From positions 1 to 22,601 of the forward strand of contig CALKOM010000174.1 of assembly GCA_938091905.1 (NCBI GenBank): DNA of 22,601 nucleotides, given 5' to 3'. The stretch is from an uncultured Verrucomicrobiales bacterium (lineage in GTDB: Bacteria > Verrucomicrobiota > Verrucomicrobiia > Verrucomicrobiales > DEV007). Numbering within the stretch: the first letter of the stretch is position 1; the number at the start of each line of letters is the position of its first letter. The notes under the pieces are model-generated. The model was not told where the DNA came from. It worked only from the letters and a program-made list of their open reading frames with translations, and did no database searches. Shown here piece by piece: positions 1 through 8,095 of this stretch. The position numbers and the translations under genes were made by a program.

Positions 1-176
1 GCAAGGGAGCCGACAAGATCGTGGCATTCTGCAAGCACCGCATCACGTCGGGAAAGATTGAAGGATTCAACAATCTTGTTTCAAGAGTGGTGCATCGGGC
101 CTGCGGAATCACTAACATGGATTACGCATGGTTGAAATTTCGGCACCTCTCCATCCAGCAAACTTGACGGAGCGCC
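1..176 (+). mobile_element. Right end of an ISL3-family insertion sequence
   Basis: The transposase stop is followed by cggagcgcc ending at 176. On the reverse strand this end begins GGCGCTCC, matching the GG-initiated ends typical of ISL3. AT-rich tattgtat (177-184) is a candidate target duplication, and the CotH reading frame loses similarity at this junction. Confidence 0.7.
3..167 (+). CDS. ISL3-family transposase, C-terminal fragment (5' end outside window; not in ORF track)
   Basis: Manual translation from nt 3 gives KGADKIVAFCKHRITSGKIEGFNNLVSRVVHRACGITNMDYAWLKFRHLSIQQT*, with TGA at 165-167. The ITSGxIEGxNN...R.A.G..N.DY..LK pattern is the characteristic ISL3 transposase C-terminus. 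Confidence 0.85.
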   Translation, partial: KGADKIVAFCKHRITSGKIEGFNNLVSRVVHRACGITNMDYAWLKFRHLSIQQT

Positions 177-1404
177 TATTGTATTACGCACCTTCGACTT
201 ATCAGCCCAGTTGGTAAGAATGTTCACATCCTTCACCCGTCGTTCGCCTTCCTTCCAAAGATCGATTACCGGAGTTGAAGTCGAAGTCCCAACTTCCTTG
301 CGGAAAGTTGCCGCGATTACTCGTGCTCTGCCCGTGGAGATCAACGAGTATGTTATCGTAGAATTCATCGTTGAACATCACGCTGCCCCGGGCGCCGTTC
401 CGCGTGTCCGCACCGTTCGGATTCTCTACAAACCAATGAACAATCTGCAACTTGGAGTCGGCTGTGGATGGGTCTTGCGCAACTGTACCGAAATACTCGT
501 CGGCGTCATCCTCATCGTGAAACAAGGGTAGTCGAAGGGTATTCCCTTGGTCATCCTCCGACTCCACGCGCCACCGAATCATCCCACCCTTGTCGACTTG
601 GCTCCCAAAGATTGAGGCGAAACCAAAGGTCGCCGTGTAGATTCCATCACCTGCTTCCTTGTCTGGAGCCTGACCATCATCCTGCATCGTCGTGCTGCTC
701 TCCGATCTAAAATCAAATCGGTGAAACAACGTCACTTTGGCAATCGGATGCGCTGTCTCGTTCACTGTCGCAGTGATGACCATCTCACTGTCTTCGTCCA
801 GGTTTGGTCGCCCGGTCACATTTGTCACGTCGACAATGTGAGGACCGATCACACCAGCGACTCCGTTAGGTATTCCCGGCGTTGGCTCGCTAAAATAACC
901 GATCTCACCATCTGAACCCACCCCATAGGAGCGATCGCCAATCTGGACGGGGGCGACGTCATAGACATGCTCGATGGTGACTTCATCAGGACGCACCAGC
1001 GCCAAGTACTCACCATCATTATCCAGCTTGAAATTGGTGTGCGTCGGTTTGATTGGGTTGCTCCGCTGAAAGATGGTAAGCTGCGTGTGCCTGTTTTTCT
1101 CAGAGGCAAAGATTACGATCTCATCGTCCGCATTCACTTCCAGGCTCGGAAATTCCCACTTTCCAAGATTGTTCGGATCATCTGTCAGGAACCACCCCTC
1201 TAAATTGACCTTGGCATCCCCCATGTTGCGAATCTCGACCCAGTCCTCGGAGTTGAACTGTTCATCATCCAGCGTGTTTAGATTCTCGGACTGGAATTCA
1301 GCGATTTGGAGCTGACCCATCGTTGAAGATGGCCAACCGATGAGGCAAACCCCGAGCATCAGGAGGGAAAGATGCTTGAGAGAGTGAAGGGTGGGTTGTT
1401 TCAT
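177..1404 (-). pseudogene. Lamin-tail-domain / CotH-kinase-family secreted protein, frameshifted and IS-interrupted
   Basis: Signal peptide, lamin tail domain (IAEFQSEN...EDWVEIRN...LEGWFLTDD...PTPGIPN), MQDDG...GDGIYTA motif and the start of CotH (EFYDNILVDLHGQST...FDFN). A frameshift near 260 moves the continuation LWKEGERRVKDVNILTNWADKSKVRNTI to another frame (ORF 81..368), and this ends at the IS boundary. Confidence 0.8.
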
Positions 1405-1473
1405 GAAACATTTGTATAAGGGTTTGAGAACCTCGATAGCGAAAGGCCCGAATAGCGTGATACCGGCGTTAAA

Positions 1474-1675
1474 CTACAGGCAGGAAGCTCTAGTCCATTT
1501 AGCCTGAGCCCCGCTTGATTCGCCCTTCATGGCCTCAAACCGAGCAACTTTTATCGTGTTCGGGGGCGCTGAGCACGACTTCACAGCCCAGAGCTCGAAG
1601 TTGTCGAATCGGATCAGACCTCCGGTGATGGTTGGGCCGAATTGACTCAGCTTCGGGTGGGCAATGCCTTCGGAT
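1474..1675 (-). pseudogene. Probable orphan C-terminal fragment of an unrelated beta-sandwich protein
   Basis: SEGIAHPKLSQFGPTITGGLIRFDNFELWAVK reads like a natural protein end with an FDNxxxW motif. It begins where the upstream DUF1592-type gene breaks off. Confidence 0.4.
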
Positions 1676-2513
1676 TGAGGGCCTTGGCATTGATTGTGAA
1701 CCGATACCAACCCGTGGCCGGCACTCTGGTCGCCGACATACGACTATGATAGTTGTTGCTGGCGGCCATGGCTACGGCATGACCGTCTTTGAAAAGCGGT
1801 TGGCGGTCTCGCCGTCGTCTCTTATCGTTGAAATTGTCAGAAAGATCTTTGGCTTTGAAAGACCGTTTGTACTCGGGCATCGGTTCTGTCGCCCGACGAA
1901 AAGCTTCATCCAAAGAATGGTCCACGACTTCCATGTATTTCTCAAGGAGATGGTAAGACACAGGCTGGGACTCGGCCACCTTGTTGAAACCATCCTTCGT
2001 CGCGTCCCCCGGAAGCCGTTCGCTGAGGGGGAGATCAATACCTAACAAATCATGCAAGGTGTTCTCGAACTCGGTCCGATTGAGTCGCCGTGAACGCACG
2101 CTGCACTTCGCGGTTTGATGCGCTTCAGAAGTGTTGTGCATGAGCGTTTCAAACTCCTTGAGAAAAGCGTCTCTGCCATTGGCCTTACCCTTCGGAGGTA
2201 TCTCGTGATGCCTGACGCGATCGTAAACTAAACTCCAGCGCTTGAGATCGGCCCGATCATTTGGCTTGAATGCCAGAGACTTTAGATCCAGCTCTCCTTT
2301 GGCTGAATCGCCGTCGTGGCAGTTGTTCTCAAAGAATGCTAGGATCGACTCGGGCAGAGTTGTTTCGGCTAAGGCGACCCCGGACCAGGTCACCATCCAT
2401 GCGCATAATAACCCGAAGCTTAAGAGGCGGTAGATGTGGCCTCGCCCCCGCTTCGGTTTACGATGATAGGACACCTGGCTTATCATGTATTGGAGTCGTT
2501 TAGAGAATTTCAA
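1647..2513 (-). pseudogene. Truncated planctomycete cytochrome c / DUF1587-DUF1592-type protein
   Basis: Signal-like segment, degenerate heme motif FFENNCHDGDSAKGELDL (normally CxxCH), HEIPPK, RRLNRTEFENTLHDLLGIDL and LPGD...GFNKVAE. Only about 290 aa remain; the C-terminal DUF1592/1588/1585 part is absent. The true start is uncertain. Confidence 0.8.
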
Positions 2514-3731
2514 GACCCTTCATCGGCGCCCGTGCGAGCGAGAAACGATCCGTCTCTGCCCCGTGACGTTGCAGAATGCTGACAAAGAGATTCGACAGTG
2601 GACAGTTGTCGTTCTGGTCGAAGGCCAGATGTTGTCCGTGGCGAAACCCACCGCCCGCAAGCAGGACTGGCAGATTGTTATCTTTGTGAGAACTAGCGTT
2701 GCCGAGATTCGACGTCATCAAGACGTTCGCCTTATCCAACAAAGAGACGCCACCTTCGTCGAAGCCTTTCATTTCCCGGAGGAAGCTGCCCCAAGATTTG
2801 ACCAGGTTGATTCGACAAGTGTGGGTTGATCGAGCTTGTCTTCATCTCTGCTATGTTGACTGAGCGAGTGGTAACCAGCGTTCACCCCATCGATCGGAAT
2901 CGCACCTGCGTTCCCAGTGAGGTGCAAGGTGACATAACGCGTTGAATCCGTTTCGAAGGCGAGGCGAACCACTTCTAGGAGAAGTTTCATCCGATCAACC
3001 ACTGCGTTGTTGTCGCCAATGTCCACCGGCTGATCTGCGTCCACAGGCGGCTTCTTGCGACGTGCCTTGCCTTCGGAATCGCCTAACCGTGTTTCCAAAT
3101 TTCTGACCGCAGTGAAGTATTAGTCGAGCTTGTCACGGTCACCTGCTCCCAGTTCGCGTTGCAAACGGCGCGCGTCTTCTGAAACGAGATCCATCACACT
3201 GCGACCTTGTTTCAATCGTTCGATCTGACGTGCCTGTTCTTTCGGCGGGAATCCTACTCCCATTCCCGGTGTAGGACGGGCTGTTGTTCTCCGTGACATT
3301 TAATGTCAACGACGGGAATCGCGTACTGTGCCCGAAGTGCTTGGCCAATTCCTTATCAATCGAGATCGATTTTTTGAAGACGGTGTTCCGGGAATACGGT
3401 GTCCCAGTGAGGATGCTCCCTTCCGCCTGATGCCCCCCCACTCACGCCCGGATGTGATGAACCGGTACGTCATCGAGGAGATCCTCGATCGCGGACAGAT
3501 AGGGCGACGGCGTGTAACCACGGCCAGTCTCTTGGGGTTTCAAATTGGGCGCATGAAGCCCCAACGATGGTGTGACACTCAAGAAGCGCCGAGGAGAGAG
3601 AGAGCCGGATCTCAAACGGCAAAGGCCGGCCTTATCGCCTCCAAACTCGGCAGTGCCATGGGCGCTCTCAAGCCCTTGAGAAAGTGGCGGCGGGAGAGGG
3701 CTTTGGAGAAATTGAAATGGACGCTTTTCAT
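2500..3731 (-). pseudogene. DUF1552-family protein with multiple frameshifts and stops
   Basis: Fragments across frames: MKSVHFNFSKALSRRHFLKGLRAPMALPSLEA (ATG 3731), PRRFLSV..LGLH, HPGVSGGH, SISIDKELAKHFG.STRFPSLTL, DKLD*YFTAVRNLETRL (TAA 3120-3122), LAFETDSTR, YHSLSQH, SNLGNASSH..NNLPVLLAGGGFRHGQH and PLSNLFVSILQ. Confidence 0.88.
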
Positions 3732-3804
3732 CAAGATAGGCAACTTGTTAAGTGCGGCCAGACCCTTGATGTTTCGGAATAGATGCCCGTTCTAATCCGC
3801 CCAC

Positions 3805-4794
3805 TTACTTCACGACGGGGGCAAGGTAGATGTTTCGGTATTTCACCGCCGTATGATCACCTTGCAAATGGATTGGGCCTGGTGCACCAGGATCGGTGTA
3901 AACAGCACCACCTGTAGGGCCCCAAACGGGTTGGTTATCGATCACTTTGACACCGTTTAGGACTACCGTGACATGCCGATCGACTAGTGTGAGATCGTAG
4001 GACTGCCATTGGCCGCCAGGTTTTCCGGCGTTGATGGAAGGCGCGATGTGGCCGAAGATGGCACCCACCCCTTGGATGCCTTGCATTGGGCTATCGCGAT
4101 CGACGACCTGCGCTTCATACATGCCACGCAGATAGACGCCGCTGTTTCGTTTGGCCTCGACGAGGAAGTCGATGTGCAACCAGAAGTCCTCAAACTCCGT
4201 GTCGGTGCGTAGATTGGCATAGGCACCCGTGGCACTGAAATCGGTTTTAGTTGTCTCATTCACTAACAAACCTTCTTTCACGCTCCACCCATTGATCTTG
4301 TCTGATTCATGTGGACGCCAGCCGGTCATGTCTTTGCCGTTAAAAAGGGAAATGGGATGCCCGAATGTGACTTTTGATAAATCAGGTGTCTTAGGCATGT
4401 CTGGAAAACGTTTGCCCGTGAAGTGCGTCGTTTCGACATCGCCCTTCTTCGGCGTGCGCACAATGGTTCCTTCAAGCTTTCCGTCCTTGAGTTCTACCTC
4501 GACCATCGGCGGGGCGGTAGGCGCGTTCTTCTTGCGCTTGTGGTCCATGGCGAACTTGAGGCGGCCATCGGTCACCTCGATCACTTGCCAGGGACCATCT
4601 GGCCCCACGTGAAGCCGCATGTAGACAATCGCTATGCCGTTCTGCTCCACTACTCGCATCCAGGCGGGTTCACCCGAATCAAGCTTCAAGGACCAACCGA
4701 CTAACAAGTCCTTTGGAATCGTTTCCGCCTGAAGAGGCGAAAGAAAGACGGCGAAGGCCAGAAGCGGCAGGGTGAAGTAGTTTTTAGCATTCAT
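3805..4794 (-). CDS. DUF1080 (3-keto-disaccharide hydrolase-like) secreted protein
   Basis: Signal peptide plus SLFNGKDMTGW, NSGVYLRG.YEAQV, GQWQSYD.T, VVLNGVKV and GPIHLQGDHTAVKYRNI motifs. The ORF is intact. Confidence 0.9.
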   Translation of the reverse strand: MNAKNYFTLPLLAFAVFLSPLQAETIPKDLLVGWSLKLDSGEPAWMRVVEQNGIAIVYMRLHVGPDGPWQVIEVTDGRLKFAMDHKRKKNAPTAPPMVEVELKDGKLEGTIVRTPKKGDVETTHFTGKRFPDMPKTPDLSKVTFGHPISLFNGKDMTGWRPHESDKINGWSVKEGLLVNETTKTDFSATGAYANLRTDTEFEDFWLHIDFLVEAKRNSGVYLRGMYEAQVVDRDSPMQGIQGVGAIFGHIAPSINAGKPGGQWQSYDLTLVDRHVTVVLNGVKVIDNQPVWGPTGGAVYTDPGAPGPIHLQGDHTAVKYRNIYLAPVVK

Positions 4795-4806
4795 GTTAAA
4801 GTATGG

Positions 4807-6324
4807 TTAGAAAGATAAAGGGACAGGTCGCTGTTCCTGGCCGTCGACTGTGGGATAAAGTGCGCCCATGTCTTCGAGTCTACGGATCATAGTCTCAGAC
4901 AGGCGTTTGAGTTCTGCTGGTTGCTCTTCCGACACGTCATTGGACTCAGATGGATCGTTCTGTAGAAAGTAGAGCGCGTAGCGCTTCTCGCCCTTCTCAG
5001 GATTGGGAAAATAGCGGTAAAGGAGTTTCCAAGCCCCATCACAATACGTCGTGAAATAACTCGTGGCATGCTTGTGGGGGAAATGTGAAAGAAATGCCTT
5101 GCCGCGTCCACCCGGCGCGTCGCCACCCAGGAGCCCGCTCAAATCTTGACCATCGTAGACATACCCTTCAGGTATCTTGGCCCCGGCAAGATTCGCCACG
5201 GTCGGGAAGAGGTCATAACAAATGCCCATCACTCTCTGAATGCCACCTGCGTGGATTGGCAACTTCTGCTGTAGCGGATGATTTGCGTTGAGGTCCGCCC
5301 AACCCGCGATGAAGGGGACGCGCGTGCCACCTTCCCAGCATGACGCTTTCTTGCCGCGCAAGGGCGCTGCCGCCTTGATGACATCTGCACCACCGATTGG
5401 TGCGGCCGTGCCGTTGTCTCCCATGAAGAAGATCAAGGTGCGATCCGCTACGTTTCGTGCTTTCAAATGCGCCATGAGATCCCCAAGAGACTTGTCGATG
5501 CCTTCAACAAGCGTGGCAAATGCCTCGCCTGCCCGTCCTTTGTCTGAACCCGCGTAGTTCGCTGCAAACCGCGAATCAGATTGGAAGGGCGAGTGCGCTG
5601 CATAGTGCGACATGTTTAGATAGAACGGCCTCTCCATGGCCAAGGCCTCGTCAATTTGCGCTTTCGCTTCAATCGTGAGAGCTTCTGTCAGGAAGGTTCC
5701 TGTCTTGTGGTACTTTTCGAGACCGGGAACCGCACGCTTCTTGCGTTTGGGGTTCAGGTTCCCATAGCCATCGGATCCGTAATAACTCCCTGGTTGACCG
5801 TAGGCGCAGCCTGCCACATTCACATCGAACCCAAGCTTGGAGGGATCCTCTCCCACATGACCGACAGGACCAAAGTGCGCTTTGCCAACATGAATCGTTC
5901 GATAACCTACCTCTTTGAGTAGCCGAGGCAACGTAACATCGCCCGAATCGAGCCCTTCCCAGTTCCAATTTGCAGGCCCTTTGTCGCCCGTGTTCTTGCC
6001 GTCCGGGCCAATGAACTGCGTCGTCCGATGACGCGCCGAGTTCTGACCCGTCATGAGGGAGACCCGCGTCGGAGAGCACACGGTGTGCGCATAAAACTGG
6101 CTAAAGCGCATGCCTTGCGCGGCCAGGCGTTCCATGTTGGGCGTGTTGTAGTAGGCGTTGAGTGGATGCTCTATCGCTTTCCCTTGATTATTTATCAGCA
6201 TGGGGACGGAGGTATCCATCAAGCCCATGTCATCGACCAAGAACAGCACGATGTTAGTCTGCTCTTTTGCTCCAGAGATAGCTGCCAACAGAAAGAAGAA
6301 GAGAAGTAGAAAGCGTTTATGCAT
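4807..6324 (-). CDS. Formylglycine-dependent (Cys-type) sulfatase
   Basis: NIVLFLVDDMG, catalytic CSPTRVSLMTG, GYRTIHVGKAH, GDNG and WEGGTRVP motifs. The start is probably ATG 6324 (MHKRFLLLFFFLLAAISGA, a signal peptide) rather than 6399. Confidence 0.93.
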   Translation of the reverse strand: MHKRFLLLFFFLLAAISGAKEQTNIVLFLVDDMGLMDTSVPMLINNQGKAIEHPLNAYYNTPNMERLAAQGMRFSQFYAHTVCSPTRVSLMTGQNSARHRTTQFIGPDGKNTGDKGPANWNWEGLDSGDVTLPRLLKEVGYRTIHVGKAHFGPVGHVGEDPSKLGFDVNVAGCAYGQPGSYYGSDGYGNLNPKRKKRAVPGLEKYHKTGTFLTEALTIEAKAQIDEALAMERPFYLNMSHYAAHSPFQSDSRFAANYAGSDKGRAGEAFATLVEGIDKSLGDLMAHLKARNVADRTLIFFMGDNGTAAPIGGADVIKAAAPLRGKKASCWEGGTRVPFIAGWADLNANHPLQQKLPIHAGGIQRVMGICYDLFPTVANLAGAKIPEGYVYDGQDLSGLLGGDAPGGRGKAFLSHFPHKHATSYFTTYCDGAWKLLYRYFPNPEKGEKRYALYFLQNDPSESNDVSEEQPAELKRLSETMIRRLEDMGALYPTVDGQEQRPVPLSF

Positions 6325-6505
6325 AATCTGAGATGCCAATCTGAAAGCCAAAGCCATCAGAAAGCCAGTTCCGAATCGAGAGGAAAGTGGCGGCCTCATT
6401 CGGTCAAGTTTGCCATATCATGAGAGAGCGACAGAATTTACGGCTGGTTTTGGGCGTGCGCAGGGCTCTGTGATAGGAGACTGTTTCCTAGACTCCGCCC
6501 CCACG

Positions 6506-7334
6506 ATGAAAACCCTCTTATCCTAGTTGTCGGCTATACAAGCCTATCGACGGTTCTCGCCCGACCCACGGGCTTTTGGCGTATTGATGAAGCGGCCGCC
6601 GTCGACGGTGACGCCATCGAAGCGGGCGCAAGCGAATCCAATGAGTGAATCTAAGAGCAAACGGGGTCGGCTGTATCCACTGTCACATGGTCCAGCCCGC
6701 TGAGATCATGTCTTTGCGAGAACTCGACGAACCCATTCCGGATCGTAAGGTTTGGCCCTACCCAATGCCTTGGGCAGTTGGGCTGCACATGGAGTCAAAG
6801 ACGCGATCAACTATCAAACGCGTTGCCACCGCGTCTGTATCAAAGGAAGCTGGTCTGCGTGCTGGCGATGAGATTCAGCAACTTAACGGACAGACGATTT
6901 TGTCTACGGCAGATATTCAATGGGTTTTGCACAACTCTAAAGATAATGCAGGACTCACGGTGCGATACGCGCGGGAAGGTGAACCGATGCAGAGTACGCT
7001 CAATCTTCCTCTGGATTGGCGAACGAAGTTAGGTGACTGGCGCTTTACCAACCCAAGAATATGCATGCAGATTGCCGGCTTTAATGGGAGGCCAGGAAAG
7101 AACGGCGGTGAAAGCCTCGCAATTCGGATTGGCAGCGTTCACAAGAAGCGGCCTGCCGACATCGATTTGAAGCGCAACGATGTGATCGTTGCGCTGGACG
7201 GTAAACGGGCCCCGATGAACTTGGGCTAGCTCACACGCTTCCTTCCTGACAAGAAACCGGGGAGTGAGATTGCAATGACGTGGAAGCGAGCAGGCCAAGA
7301 GGAAGCAACTCTTAGCTGGAAGCTGACCAAATAG
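6506..7334 (+). pseudogene. Chimeric remnant: frameshifted signal-peptide gene start joined to the C-terminal half of a thioredoxin/PDZ-domain protein
   Basis: 6506-6648 reads MKTL/LILVVGYTSLSTVLARPTGFWRIDE across a frameshift. 6645-7229 has GCIHCH, WPYPMP..VGL and PDZ AGLRAGDEIQQLNGQTILSTADIQWVLH. After a premature TAG at 7227-7229 the frame continues LTRFLPDKKPGSEIAMTWKRAGQEEATLSWKLTK* to 7334, completing a second PDZ domain. Confidence 0.75.
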
Positions 7335-7416
7335 TCTAACTAAAGGGCCCCCAACCGAAACCTCAGTCGACGTTGTCCGTGACCGTTGAATATCGCCTAA
7401 CGGCGTCGAATACCCT

Positions 7417-7444
7417 TTGCACAAGGACCCTTCCATGTTACATT
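7417..7444 (+). promoter_or_regulatory. Sigma70-like promoter candidate for the metal-efflux locus
   Basis: TTGCAC (7417-7422), a 16-nt spacer ending in TGt (extended -10), then TACATT (7439-7444). The predicted +1 falls at about 7451-7453, next to ATG 7453. Confidence 0.5.
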
Positions 7445-7452
7445 GTGGAGTT

Positions 7453-7824
7453 ATGCTGAGCCGGTTCTTCGCAGTGATGTTGGCGATCTTGATCGCCAAT
7501 CCGATCTGCTGTTGCCAGGATATCAGCAGTATGTGGTCCTCGGCCAATGCCGTGATGAGCTGCGGCTGTCAGCCGTCATCTGAGGATCATGCACCGAGTG
7601 ATGAGCCGTGTTCCACTTGTTCTTCAACCGTGCACAAAGTGTCTGCGGAGACCTCGTTGGAGCTGCCGTCCATCCAAGTCAATGACCTGGAAAGTCAGTC
7701 GAGCGAGTTCGTGGCCTGTAGGGCAGTTCCCCGTGATTCCCAGATGGCGGTCTTGTCTAGGACCTCGCGCGCGACCTTAAAGCAGACGCCTCTACGCATG
7801 GCCTATTGCGTCTATTTACTCTGA
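7453..7824 (+). CDS. Small Cys-rich exported/membrane protein; candidate metal-sensing leader ORF (DUF2946/HYC_CC_PP-like architecture)
   Basis: Hydrophobic N-terminus MLSRFFAVMLAILIANPICCC, SCGC and PCSTC (CxxC) motifs, and a C-terminal PLRMAYCVYLL. It is the first ORF of the metal locus. ATG 7453 is preferred over TTG 7417. Confidence 0.7.
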   Translation: MLSRFFAVMLAILIANPICCCQDISSMWSSANAVMSCGCQPSSEDHAPSDEPCSTCSSTVHKVSAETSLELPSIQVNDLESQSSEFVACRAVPRDSQMAVLSRTSRATLKQTPLRMAYCVYLL

Positions 7825-8095
7825 GCCTGAGGCCGGTTTCGCGCTGAGCTTATTCTGATGGGTAGAAAGCCCCATTGCAGACCCACTAGGATGCTAGCGC
7901 AGTCAACGTTGCCACCTGTTCCGTTCCCAAGGCACTAGATCACGTCTCGGACAGCACTCTCGCATCATCCAATGCAGTAACTTTGCGCCCACAATCTGGC
8001 AAAGACACCAATCCATCTGTACAGGGTCTCATCAGAGACCGATCCACCAATTCTATCACTTTGCTTTAAAGTTCACCCTTATCTTGACTAGCGAC

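Noticed and set aside
3595..3620. TGA early in the DUF1552 frame as selenocysteine
   Set aside because: It coincides with a frameshift region and the gene has many other lesions.
6325..6399. Longer sulfatase start at 6399
   Set aside because: The typical signal peptide begins at Met26 (6324); the extension looks non-coding.
7227..7229. In-frame TAG as pyrrolysine or programmed read-through
   Set aside because: The gene is already 5'-truncated, the site is non-catalytic within a PDZ domain, and no pyl genes are present. A nonsense mutation is simpler.
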